Shown in pieces: positions 29,066-38,881 of a stretch of DNA of 64,000 nucleotides. This DNA comes from Gammaproteobacteria bacterium (GTDB taxonomy: Bacteria; Pseudomonadota; Gammaproteobacteria; Eutrophobiales; Eutrophobiaceae), in NCBI GenBank assembly GCA_965222155.1, contig CBDCTH010000012.1, positions 3,328,001-3,392,000 of the forward strand, read 5' to 3'. A program made the position numbers and the translations under genes. Position 1 is the stretch's first letter, and each line of letters starts with the position of its first letter. The notes beneath the pieces are model-generated. The model did not search any database and was not told the origin of the DNA. It worked only from the letters and a program-made list of their open reading frames with translations.

Positions 29066-30568
29066 ATGATGCCCCCGACAGAATTACAGCCGACGGATTT
29101 TCTCGACTTTTTTATAGCGCTCTGGGGAGAAGACAAACCGCCGTTCGCCTGGCAGCAACAACTGGCAAACAGGGTATTGGAAAATGCGCCGGAACTGAAT
29201 AGAGACAAGTCAACTTCCGAAACGTCTGACAAACAAACACCAAGGTCGCCCTGGCCCGGCGCCATCGCCCTGCCGACCGCATCCGGCAAGACAGCTTGTA
29301 TGGATATCGCGCTATTCGCTTTGGCAAGTCAGGCCTGTCGAATGGCTGACAAGCAAGCTATGACTGCCCCGCGTCGCATATTCTTCGTGGTGGACCGACG
29401 AATGATCGTGGATGAGGCCTATGAACGCGCCCGATACCTGAGCAATAAACTGAAGCAGGCTCAAGAGGGCATACTCAAGCGCGTTGCGGACAATCTGCGA
29501 GTTATTGCCCGCGGGGAAACCACTGATTCCGACCAGGAACGGCCGCTGGAGGCTTATCTCTTGCGCGGCGGGATGTACCGATCCGAAGCCTGGGCGCGCA
29601 ATCCCCTGCAACCGATAATAGTTGCATCGACTGTTGATCAAATCGGTTCCCGTCTGCTTTTTCGCGCCTATGGCCGAAGTTCAGGAATCTGGCCTATCTA
29701 TGCGGGACTTATCGCCAATGATAGTTTAATCCTGCTGGATGAGGCTCATTGCGCTCGGCCATTTCTGCAAACCTTAAAAGCAATACAACGCTATCAGACA
29801 TGGGCGCATGAATCCTTGGGCCGGCCATTCTACCCTGTCGTTATGTCTGCTACACCGCCCCCGAATATAAACGATGTATTCGAGGATTTGTCAGAGGAAA
29901 AGTACAATCCCGAGCACCCGTTGGGCCGTCGCTACAGGGCTTCCAAGCCCACGAAACTTAATGTGGTAGAAGATGCCAAGGGAACGCAGGCAACAACGAA
30001 GTTAGCTAAAGCCATGGCTGATGCTGCATCAGACCTGATCAATGAAGAACGCCGCGCTATCGTGATATTTGTAAACCGTGTGGCCACGGCGCGGGAGACT
30101 TCCCGGTTGCTAAGCGCAGACTATGGAGAACGAGCTATCTTGCTAACAGGCCGCATGCGCCCCGTTGATAGAGACGCCATCGTGCGGAAGCATTTGCATA
30201 TTCTGCGATCTGACCAGTCCGCTCAGCGGTCACTACCGGAACCTCATATCGTCGTAGCCACCCAAACACTGGAAGTCGGCGCTGATCTTGACTTTGATGG
30301 CCTTGTCAGCGAATGCGCCAGTCTTGATGCGCTACGCCAACGCTTTGGCCGCTTAAATCGCACCGGCAGACCGATTGAAGCAAGAGCGACAGTACTCATT
30401 CGCGCCGACCAAGCTGACAATATGAAAAACAATGACGACCCTGTCTATGGCATGGCCCTGACCAAAACCTGGGATTGGCTACAGAAAAACAAGGATGAAA
30501 ACAATGTGGTCGATTTCGGCATTGCTTATCTTAATGAGAAGTTGCCTGCAGGCGAATGCCCTCACTGA
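29066..30568 (+). CDS. cas3: Type I-G Cas3, helicase part (frameshifted from the C-terminal part)
   Basis: LPTASGKT, DEAH, MSAT, ATQTLEVGAD and QRFGRLNR motifs. Confidence 0.9.
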   Translation: MMPPTELQPTDFLDFFIALWGEDKPPFAWQQQLANRVLENAPELNRDKSTSETSDKQTPRSPWPGAIALPTASGKTACMDIALFALASQACRMADKQAMTAPRRIFFVVDRRMIVDEAYERARYLSNKLKQAQEGILKRVADNLRVIARGETTDSDQERPLEAYLLRGGMYRSEAWARNPLQPIIVASTVDQIGSRLLFRAYGRSSGIWPIYAGLIANDSLILLDEAHCARPFLQTLKAIQRYQTWAHESLGRPFYPVVMSATPPPNINDVFEDLSEEKYNPEHPLGRRYRASKPTKLNVVEDAKGTQATTKLAKAMADAASDLINEERRAIVIFVNRVATARETSRLLSADYGERAILLTGRMRPVDRDAIVRKHLHILRSDQSAQRSLPEPHIVVATQTLEVGADLDFDGLVSECASLDALRQRFGRLNRTGRPIEARATVLIRADQADNMKNNDDPVYGMALTKTWDWLQKNKDENNVVDFGIAYLNEKLPAGECPH

Positions 30569-32126
30569 ATTGAACTCTCCCTCAGTCGACGCACCCGTTA
30601 TGCTGCCCACCCATGTCGATTGCTGGGCGCAGACCTCGCCGGCGCCACAACCCTCTCCCGACGTTGCCCCGTTCCTGCATGGTCCCCGTGAAGGCGCAGC
30701 GGATGTGCAGGTATGCTGGCGCGCAGATATGGATTTAACAAATGACGCAAGTCAAAAAGAGGCTATCGAATCATTGTCTCTATGTCCACCGAGCAGCAGT
30801 GAGACATTGCCGGTACCGTTCAACGTTTTTAAACACTGGTTAGCTGGAAATGACAAGGAAGACAACAGCGCTGACCTGGAGGGCTCGCAAACGGAAGCTG
30901 ATATAGACAAAACAAGCCCAGCGGCTGCCGACGCCCATGTAATCCGATGGTTCGGCGCTGATACAAAACTGGAATACATCACAGCAGATCCCGCAGAGAT
31001 ACGCCCTGGTGATGGTATCGTTATCCCGGTTGACCATCCGTATCCCAGGCATCGACTTGGTGACCTGCCAGAAGACGCAGACCTGGACGTGGGAGATCGG
31101 GCCTATAGATTAAATCGGGCAAAATCCATTTTGCGTTTACACCCGCGTCTGGTGGATAGCTGGTCTGTCCCTGATGAGATCAAAGACAGCGCCCGCGTAT
31201 TGCTGAACGACCTGCAACGAAAACAAGATGAAGACCCGGATGAGATAATCAGGTCATTGCACAGTCTGCTATCTGAACTTGCCAGTGTACCCGAACCATC
31301 TTGGTTATCTGAAGTCGCTGACGAACTCATGAATGAGTTTCCAGAGCAAAAACTGGGGCAGGCTTACCACATTATCAACGATAATCACCTCATAATCCGT
31401 GGACGCCGCCTGATCCTCGAACTCACACCTGAAGCTGATAGCTTCAGTGATGAGGACGATGTCAGCGCATCCGGCATTTCACACCGTAATGGCCAACCCG
31501 TCCGGCTTAGCGCGCATCTCCCCGGTGTTGAGAACTTTGCCCGCCGTCATGGGGCAGCTTGTGGATTGCCGGACGAGTTGGTTGAAGCCATCGCTCGCGC
31601 CGGCCTGTTACATGATTTAGGCAAGGCCGACCCTCGATTTCAATCGTGGTTGCGTGGTGGCGTTCCCTGGTTGGGAGGCGATCCGTTTGCCAAGTCTGCC
31701 GGGATACCAAAGACCCGTGAGGCCCGGCGGCGTGCTTATAAGAACTCCGGGTATCCGCGTGGTGGCCGACATGAATTACTGTCTGTACGTATGACCGTAA
31801 ACACCCCAGCCCTACTGCCTGAAAATAATGATCTGTGCGATTTGGTCCTGCACTTAATCGCCAGCCATCATGGATACTGTCGCCCCTTCGCACCGGTTGT
31901 AATCGATAAACAGAACGTGCAAGTCAATTTTGAGTTAGGTGGTCATCATCTGCACTGGCGCGGACCCACCGGTCTTGAACGTCTGGATTCCGGCGTTGCC
32001 GACCGCTATTGGCGACTGATACAACGTTATGGCTGGTGGGGATTAGCCTGGCTTGAAACCCTGCTGCGTCTGGCAGACTGGAGACGTAGCGAATGGGAGG
32101 AGACACATAATGATGACGGCAAATGA
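30555..32126 (+). CDS. cas3: Type I-G Cas3, C-terminal part with HD nuclease
   Basis: LLHDLGKAD, RHELLS, SHHG and RLAD motifs; a C-terminal HD domain is typical of type I-G. Confidence 0.88.
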   Translation, partial: NALTELNSPSVDAPVMLPTHVDCWAQTSPAPQPSPDVAPFLHGPREGAADVQVCWRADMDLTNDASQKEAIESLSLCPPSSSETLPVPFNVFKHWLAGNDKEDNSADLEGSQTEADIDKTSPAAADAHVIRWFGADTKLEYITADPAEIRPGDGIVIPVDHPYPRHRLGDLPEDADLDVGDRAYRLNRAKSILRLHPRLVDSWSVPDEIKDSARVLLNDLQRKQDEDPDEIIRSLHSLLSELASVPEPSWLSEVADELMNEFPEQKLGQAYHIINDNHLIIRGRRLILELTPEADSFSDEDDVSASGISHRNGQPVRLSAHLPGVENFARRHGAACGLPDELVEAIARAGLLHDLGKADPRFQSWLRGGVPWLGGDPFAKSAGIPKTREARRRAYKNSGYPRGGRHELLSVRMTVNTPALLPENNDLCDLVLHLIASHHGYCRPFAPVVIDKQNVQVNFELGGHHLHWRGPTGLERLDSGVADRYWRLIQRYGWWGLAWLETLLRLADWRRSEWEETHNDDGK

Positions 32127-33063
32127 TTCAGGTTCGGGCCTGCTGTTGAATGGACTTGATGGAGCTAACCCGTTGGCGTTCCTTGCAGCTTTAGGCGTGG
32201 TCGTTGTCTTGCGTAATAAATTTCAGGGCATACGTCTTGGTTGGAAAATGATAGAAGGAAGCTGGAAACCTTTTGTTGGAGGCTGTGGTGAGGATAAAGA
32301 TGAATTTTCGGGGGACCTTTTAGCTGTCCTGAAAAATATTTCGATGACCGCCTTCGATATCGATAATAAAATGCCATTTGACGCAACCAGATTTACACAT
32401 GGTCCCCATGGTCTCCAGTCAACTCAAAGTTGTGCTTCCATTGATAACCGTAGAAACGCCGACTTCCTTGTCGGCTTCGGCACTGAGCTGTATCCCTCAG
32501 AAAAAAATAGAGAGTTCCAGGATTCAAGTTTCAGGATGGTGCGTAGCGGAGACTCAGCAGGACAAGGATTGCCCTTTTATGCCAAGGCCATTCGAGAAAA
32601 AACGAACCTGGACCACATTCAACGTGCTCTATTCCGGACCTGGGACTACCAGGATCAATGCTATAGCCTGCGCTGGGACCCGATTGAAGATCAACGCTAT
32701 GCTCTGCGTTGGCAAGACCCGAGTAAAAAGTCAGGTCCGATTGCCGGACCAGGAACGATGCTGGCAGCCAATAGTCTGGCTATCGAGGCACTACAGTATT
32801 TTCCTGTCATACTGGTGGGAAAGCAGGCGCATACCACAGGTTTCCACGAATTCGGGCAACGCAAGACTTATTTTGTTTGGCCCATCTGGACACCGATGGT
32901 GAGTATGGACACCATTCGATCGCTGTTGGCCTTGGATGATCTTTCCAAAGAACCTGTGCCACGTTCATCACTTATCCAAAGAGGTATTGAGGAAGTCTAC
33001 CGCAGTCAGCGTATTCAACCAAATAAATATTACACCAATTTCATAGCGGCAACTCCCGCATGA
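32110..33063 (+). CDS. csb3: Type I-G large subunit Cas8g (Csb3-like, short form)
   Basis: GLDGANPLAFLAALG, LRWDP.ED.RYA and WPIW motifs; located after cas3. Confidence 0.8.
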   Translation: MMTANDSGSGLLLNGLDGANPLAFLAALGVVVVLRNKFQGIRLGWKMIEGSWKPFVGGCGEDKDEFSGDLLAVLKNISMTAFDIDNKMPFDATRFTHGPHGLQSTQSCASIDNRRNADFLVGFGTELYPSEKNREFQDSSFRMVRSGDSAGQGLPFYAKAIREKTNLDHIQRALFRTWDYQDQCYSLRWDPIEDQRYALRWQDPSKKSGPIAGPGTMLAANSLAIEALQYFPVILVGKQAHTTGFHEFGQRKTYFVWPIWTPMVSMDTIRSLLALDDLSKEPVPRSSLIQRGIEEVYRSQRIQPNKYYTNFIAATPA

Positions 33064-33099
33064 AATACTTCGTATAACTGTTACCCATCAGCCCGCAGC

Positions 33100-33342
33100 T
33101 TGTTTCAGGCGCATCACGCCGATTGCGCGCCGACAGCTTGACCCGCTCCAACAGCGGCCGAAACTGCTCCCAGTCTACCGTCTCCGCCAGGCGCAGTAAC
33201 AGATCACCCAGTTTAGCCAGCCGTTTGTCTTGGGGGTCAAAAAAGGAACCGAACAGATCTTGTGTCTTCATAGCGTCTCCATACCAACGTGTTGAAATCA
33301 GTCACCGATATTATATTATGGGCTGAATAAATAGAGGTTCCC
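33100..33342 (-). mobile_element. IS5-family remnant (left end plus transposase N-terminus)
   Basis: RLAKLGDLLLRLAETVDWEQFRPLL; end-like sequence GGGAACCTCT at 33342. Confidence 0.65.
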
Positions 33343-33413
33343 ATATAATTCAGTGAATATACTGGAAGGCTATCCTATCCTTGAAATCAGAATCCCAAAG
33401 GAGGTTATTGACT

Positions 33414-33623
33414 ATGGCGCTGAGTAGCAAACCGTTTGATTCCGTCCAGATGATGCGTCCAATCCGGGATGAACTTGATAAGCAGATCAAAGATATAACG
33501 TTTGAGCAGGAGCAAGCTTACATTCGTGAGCATCTATGTGGCGAATCCATGGGCGTTGTCTCCGACAGCAGTAAGAGAGATTCAACACAGCCCGGCCGCC
33601 TGCGATCAGAAAAATACGGATAA
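33414..33623 (+). CDS. Small hypothetical protein, antitoxin-like
   Basis: AGGAGG RBS; FDSVQMMRPIRDEL..ITFEQE. Confidence 0.5.
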   Translation: MALSSKPFDSVQMMRPIRDELDKQIKDITFEQEQAYIREHLCGESMGVVSDSSKRDSTQPGRLRSEKYG

Positions 33624-33654
33624 ACTGTGTTGGTTTAAGATTTGCGACAGATGA

Positions 33655-35391
33655 GTGTTGCCTAATCAGACATCCGTGCCCGAACAACTCATTCAGCAGG
33701 AACTACACCTGCCCTTTCCTGACCTTGCCGCCGACATGCCATTGCTGCCTGCGCGTATGGTCAATGAGTATGAATATTGTCCGCGACTGGCTTATCTGGA
33801 ATGGGTACAGGGTGAGTGGCAGGAATCATCAGATACCATCCAGGGGAAGTATCAGCATCGCCGCGTCGATAAGCCGGGTGGAAAACTCCCTGACCCGGAG
33901 AATGCTGAAGACGACCAGGAGTTTCATGCACGTTCCATTACGTTATCCTCCAATCGGCTTGGCATCATTGCAAAACTCGATCTGGTTGAGGGAGAAGGCA
34001 ATGTTGTCACACCTGTGGATTATAAAAAGGGAAAACGCCCCCACGTAGCGCAGGGGGCTTACAGCCCGGAACGCGTTCAGTTATGTCTACAAGGCATGTT
34101 GCTGACGGAACACGGTTATGAGTGTACAGAAGGGATTTTGTATTACGCAGAATCCAGGGAGCGGGTACGCGTGGCCTTCGATGAGGAGTTGAAAAATCAA
34201 ACCTTGTCCGCTGTTTCCGGTCTGCGTCTTATCGCAGCCGGCGGTCAAATACCGCCACCGTTGGAAGACAGTCCCAAGTGCCCGCGCTGTTCTCTGGTCG
34301 GCATCTGTCTGCCGGATGAGGTCAACTTCCTTAAACACCTGAAGACACAACCCAGGCCTTTGGCTGTCACACGGGATGACGGCATGCCCGTGTATGTCCA
34401 GGCTAACCGCGCATCTGTCAGAAAATCAGGAGAAACACTGGAAATATCCGTGGAAGACAAAGTGGTCAAGAAAGCCCGCCTGCCCGAAGTATCACAAGTC
34501 GTATTGATGGGTAATGTCTACGTCACCACCCCTGCTCTACACGAACTCATGCGTCGGGAAATTCCAGTCACCTGGCACTCTTTCGGCGGCTGGTTCCTGG
34601 GGCACACCATCGGAACCGGGCACAAGAACATCGAACTGCGCACAGCGCAATTCAAGGCAAGTTTTGATGAACGGGTGTGCCTGACCTTAGCCAAGGGTTT
34701 TGTGCGTGCCAAAATTCAGAACTGCCGCACCATTATGCGCAGAAACTGGAAACCCGAAGAAAAGCCGAAGCGTCTTCACGATCGGTTCCGTCAAGATATG
34801 GAACGCTCTGAACGAGTTATATCAACTGCGGAGTTACTGGGAGTAGAGGGCAACGCGGCTGCGCGTTATTTTGGGGAATTTCAAAATTTAATCAAACAGG
34901 ACAAGGAGACAAAGCAATTTGTTTTCCAGTTTGAGAAGCGTAATCGCCGACCGCCTGCTGATCCGGTTAACGCTTTATTATCCTATGCTTACAGCCTCCT
35001 GACGCGTACCTGGACGGTAACATTGACTTCAGTGGGGTTTGATACATATCGTGGTTTTTTTCATCAGCCACGCTACGGCCGTCCGGCTCTGGCTTTGGAC
35101 ATGATGGAACCTTTCAGGCCGCTGGTTGCTGATTCTGCGGTACTGATGGCGATTAACAATGGTGAAATCAGGCCGAGTGATTTCATAGTCGTTGCCGGTA
35201 GTGTCAATCTCACTGCGGACGGAAGGAAGAGATTCATCGGGACGTTTGAACGACGGCTTAGCCAGGAGATTACTCATCCTCTGTTCGGCTATAAAATCAG
35301 TTACCGTCGATTATTTGAAGTGCAAGCAAGATTGCTGGCCAGGTTTCTGCTTGGCGAATTAATTGAACTTCCCCAATTCACCACGCGCTGA
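33655..35391 (+). CDS. cas1: Cas4-Cas1 fusion
   Basis: [24 protein letters not shown] (Cas4); [25 protein letters not shown] (Cas1). Confidence 0.95.
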   Translation: MLPNQTSVPEQLIQQELHLPFPDLAADMPLLPARMVNEYEYCPRLAYLEWVQGEWQESSDTIQGKYQHRRVDKPGGKLPDPENAEDDQEFHARSITLSSNRLGIIAKLDLVEGEGNVVTPVDYKKGKRPHVAQGAYSPERVQLCLQGMLLTEHGYECTEGILYYAESRERVRVAFDEELKNQTLSAVSGLRLIAAGGQIPPPLEDSPKCPRCSLVGICLPDEVNFLKHLKTQPRPLAVTRDDGMPVYVQANRASVRKSGETLEISVEDKVVKKARLPEVSQVVLMGNVYVTTPALHELMRREIPVTWHSFGGWFLGHTIGTGHKNIELRTAQFKASFDERVCLTLAKGFVRAKIQNCRTIMRRNWKPEEKPKRLHDRFRQDMERSERVISTAELLGVEGNAAARYFGEFQNLIKQDKETKQFVFQFEKRNRRPPADPVNALLSYAYSLLTRTWTVTLTSVGFDTYRGFFHQPRYGRPALALDMMEPFRPLVADSAVLMAINNGEIRPSDFIVVAGSVNLTADGRKRFIGTFERRLSQEITHPLFGYKISYRRLFEVQARLLARFLLGELIELPQFTTR

Positions 35392-35396
35392 ACTGC

Positions 35397-35687
35397 ATGG
35401 ACGAACATCTGTATATTATTGCCTACGATATAGCCGATCAAAAAAGGTGGCGCTCCATATTCAAGCTGCTGAACGGCTATGGAGAGTGGCTACAACTTTC
35501 CGTCTTTCAGTGTCGATTATCCCGACGGCGTCATGCAGAACTGATCGCGACACTGGATGAAATTATTCATCACAAAGAGGATCATGTTATAATTCTGGAC
35601 CTGGGGATGGCGGATTCTGTTAGACCAAAGGTTGTGAGCCTTGGCAAGGACTTTCAGGCGGTGGAGAGAGAACCAGTGATTGTCTGA
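35397..35687 (+). CDS. cas2: Cas2
   Basis: YIIAYDI and LQLSVFQC motifs. Confidence 0.95.
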   Translation: MDEHLYIIAYDIADQKRWRSIFKLLNGYGEWLQLSVFQCRLSRRRHAELIATLDEIIHHKEDHVIILDLGMADSVRPKVVSLGKDFQAVEREPVIV

Positions 35688-35889
35688 CACCCGACTGTCC
35701 TTTGCGAGCGCTTTAGTGATGCGTATTTTCCAGTCAGCCCTCGCATTATAATGTTCTTTGTCAATCAGACTGTTATGGGTAATAATTCACTGAAAAGGTG
35801 CATAGTGCATAGAAATTATGGCAGGCTGCTGAAACTGCTCGTCAGGACATATTATTATCCTTACGAAACAACGGATTGCCGACTGCGCT

Positions 35890-36070
35890 AATTCCGCCGC
35901 ATTAATGCGGCGGCCTCATTGAAGCGTCCTGAGCTGGGTTTCGCTGATCCCGTTGAGTCCTAATTCCGCCGCATTAATGCGGCGGCCTCATTGAAGCGAT
36001 CAGACTGCCGACCCAAAGAGCAAAAAGAACCTTAAATTCCGCCGCATTAATGCGGCGGCCTCATTGAAGC
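35890..36070 (+). CRISPR. CRISPR array with 3 identical 36-bp repeats, 2 full spacers and a truncated third spacer
   Basis: AATTCCGCCGCATTAATGCGGCGGCCTCATTGAAGC at 35890, 35962 and 36035; spacers of 36 and 37 bp; ~200-bp leader after cas2. Confidence 0.95.
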
Positions 36071-36094
36071 GCTACAAGTCATTGGCAATATTCT

Positions 36095-36279
36095 CTCTAA
36101 TCGCGCATTAGAAAGTGCGGGGATCAAAAAAGCCTTGCCTGTATGAAGTTGTGAGATTAGCGAGCGATAACATACCCTATTCAAGGGTAAACCGTGGCTC
36201 ATTGCTACTGAGTAAGGCACTACAAACAGACAGAATGCGCCTTGAATGCCCGTTTTAAATCTCTAACGCGGGATTTGGG
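36095..36279 (+). mobile_element. IS1380-derived MITE (~185 bp)
   Basis: Left and right ends of the 24761-25414 element joined directly. Confidence 0.8.
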
Positions 36280-36458
36280 GGAAAAGAAAGTATTGTAAAT
36301 GTGATAAAGAAACACGATATTGGTTCTTGAAGATCATTCGCATAAAAAAGGCAGAATGAAGTATTCTTAGCCATTGACACCGGAGTCAGTCAAAATAGAA
36401 TCCATAAATAAATAACAATACGTTCCATCTACCTAATTCTTGCGTAATGATGTGAAGT

Positions 36459-37205
36459 ATGAATAACGATGTCGTAAAGTCAGTAGGTCGGGTGCTAAGC
36501 GTCCTGGAACTGTTTCGAAACCAACAGGTTCCATTGACGGCAACAGAGATTTGCAAGCATCTCGATTATCCCAAGTCAAGTGCCGATGCACTGTTAAAGA
36601 GCCTGGTCAAGCTCGGCTATATTGCCCTGGATTCACAAACCATGCAGTACTTTCCGTCCCTGAGAGTAACCAAACTCGGGGATTGGTTGCCGGGCATACT
36701 CTTTGGCAGCGGCCAGACTCTGGATATGCTTGAGGAGTTGAGCAGCCAGACCCAGGAGACGGTTACTTTATCCATGCCAAACGCTTTGAGCATGCAATTT
36801 ATTACGGTTATTCCAGGCACTTTCCCAATTTCACTTACAGTGCGTGAGGGCTTCAATGTACCAATCTTCACAACCGCCGTCGGCATTGCCCAGCTTGCCA
36901 CGCGCTCGGACAAAGACATAAAGATATTGGCCAAACGCGCGAATCGCCGTTTATCCCAAGGCCGGAAACGAGTCGACCTGACTTCGGTCATGAGTGAAAT
37001 TGAAGCAGCGCGCGCCAAGGGCTATGCCGAAGCCTATGATCGCGTCCTGCCTGATACCGGAGCCATCGCAATGGCGTTACCTGTCAGTTTGCATGACCGC
37101 GCGCTGGTCGTTGGAGTAGGTGGGTTGGCCGGGCGAATCAGGAGAAATGAAATAACCTTAATACATCAAATGCGCCAGACCATACGACAATATAGTTACG
37201 ACTAA
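36459..37205 (+). CDS. IclR family regulator
   Basis: VKSVGRVLSVLELF HTH; TAVG; ARAKGYA. Confidence 0.9.
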   Translation: MNNDVVKSVGRVLSVLELFRNQQVPLTATEICKHLDYPKSSADALLKSLVKLGYIALDSQTMQYFPSLRVTKLGDWLPGILFGSGQTLDMLEELSSQTQETVTLSMPNALSMQFITVIPGTFPISLTVREGFNVPIFTTAVGIAQLATRSDKDIKILAKRANRRLSQGRKRVDLTSVMSEIEAARAKGYAEAYDRVLPDTGAIAMALPVSLHDRALVVGVGGLAGRIRRNEITLIHQMRQTIRQYSYD

Positions 37206-37385
37206 ACTATAACAACAGCGTCAAGTTTGCAGGTGCTCCCGCTAAATCGAGGTCAATACAGAAAGCGGGGGGACAGATTTAAATCTGTCCCCGTTTCCCT
37301 AGGAGAGAGGGTGTCTCGCCCTTCACGAGGGCAGGATGCCCTCGATCCCGTGAGTTAGCGGGAACTGCTGTCAAGTTTATATAAT

Positions 37386-37455
37386 AATTCTCAAACATGA
37401 ATATTATATCCATGTTTGAGAATTTATTGACAGGCCTCAACTTCCCTTTTACAGT
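37386..37455 (+). promoter_or_regulatory. 14-bp inverted repeat followed by a sigma70-like promoter
   Basis: AATTCTCAAACATG-N11-CATGTTTGAGAATT then TTGACA-N17-TACAGT (37427-37455). Confidence 0.65.
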
Positions 37456-37534
37456 ACGGATAATAATACAAACAGACGCACTCGGCGTACTGAATGCTCA
37501 TAGAGCAAACGCATACTTTTGAATCCCGGTTTCC

Positions 37535-37962
37535 GTCATTCTGGCGAATGCCGAGTAGTGGCACATGGATGTGCCGTCAACGGAGCGTAGGATGCAAATC
37601 CAGTGGATAAGTCTTCCTTAGCCCGGATTTCTCACTAGGCGATGCGATGACAAATCGGCAGGATAGCCGATTTGCACGGTGACAGCCGCCCGTAGGGTTG
37701 CGCCCAGAGCCTGCCCCCCTGCTTACAACCGCAGGGGCAAGCTCTGTATGGAGTTGAGCAGGGGGATGGGCGCAATGAACACGTGCCCGCTGGCGCAAAA
37801 AAGACAAGCAAGGGCGCATCAAGCGCAGTCTGTTATGGCTGGATGATGAACACATTATCATAACTCAATGAAATCAAACCTATATCTGTTGGCAACAAGC
37901 GGACTGGTGAGAAATCCGAGTTAGTACTATTTCGACTGGATTCTGGCATTCGCCAGAATGAC
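37535..37962. mobile_element. Nested repeat: MITE (37621-37921) inside a REP-like hairpin
   Basis: Outer 18-bp IR gtcattctggcgaatgcc / ggcattcgccagaatgac; inner element homologous to 3940-4531 and flanked by TA. Confidence 0.75.
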
Positions 37963-37993
37963 ACGGAGCAGGCTTCTTAACGGTTAAACATCT

Positions 37994-38881
37994 ATGAAGA
38001 ACGGCTATATCGACATTGTCTGTAACCTTTATACACATCGAACCGTGCAGGAAGGCCGCATCGGTATTGATGATGAGTTCAAACGACAGGTGCGCATGCC
38101 CGAGAACTTACGAAACGGCCTGAGCATTGAGGACTATCTTGAAAAAATGGATAGGTCGAACATCGAACGATCCCTGCTGATCGCCGTGCGGGCGGGGGAC
38201 TTGAATGTACGCGGGTCTCATGAAATACCTTACGATTACGTGCGGGAAATATGCCGGCAATACCCGGAACGGTTTTCGGGTCTTGCCGGAGTAGATCCGA
38301 CCCGCGGCATGCAGGGACTCAGGGACCTGGAGATCGGGGTACGCGAGTATGGGTTTGTCGGTGCACACTGGTACCCGCACTGGTTCGCGATGGCGCCGAA
38401 CGCTGCGCAGATCTATCCTTACTATGCCAAGTGTTGTGAACTGGACATCCCGATCATGATGCAGGTCGGCCATAATCTTATATATAGCCGCGATCGCCGT
38501 CTGCCGTCGGTCGGCAGGCCGATCCTGCTGGACCAGGTTGCGATCGATTTTCCCGAACTCAAGCTTATCGGTATTCACATCGGCATACCCTGGACCGATG
38601 AAATGATTTCAATGTGCTGGAAACACGACAACGTGTACACCGCCGGCGATGCTTATGCGCCGCGTTATTGGCCCGCCCAGTACCTGCACTACGCAAATAC
38701 GTACGGCCGTCACAAGGTAATGTTTGGTAGCGACTGGCCGGTGATTGATCCGGAGCGAGCTGTGGAGGAAGTTGCGAGACTCGATTTAAAAGCCGAATCC
38801 CGGCGCATGTTAATGCGAGACAATGCCTTACGTGTGTTCCGCTTGCCTGGTCACGAAAACCTCCCGGTAGGACCTGTGTGA
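37994..38881 (+). CDS. Amidohydrolase_2 family protein
   Basis: LAGVDP, HIGIPW and VMFGSDWP motifs. Confidence 0.9.
   Translation: MKNGYIDIVCNLYTHRTVQEGRIGIDDEFKRQVRMPENLRNGLSIEDYLEKMDRSNIERSLLIAVRAGDLNVRGSHEIPYDYVREICRQYPERFSGLAGVDPTRGMQGLRDLEIGVREYGFVGAHWYPHWFAMAPNAAQIYPYYAKCCELDIPIMMQVGHNLIYSRDRRLPSVGRPILLDQVAIDFPELKLIGIHIGIPWTDEMISMCWKHDNVYTAGDAYAPRYWPAQYLHYANTYGRHKVMFGSDWPVIDPERAVEEVARLDLKAESRRMLMRDNALRVFRLPGHENLPVGPV

Noticed and set aside
24761-36279. CRISPR-associated transposon (CAST)
   Set aside because: No tnsABC/tniQ genes; the flanking IS1380 elements are defective
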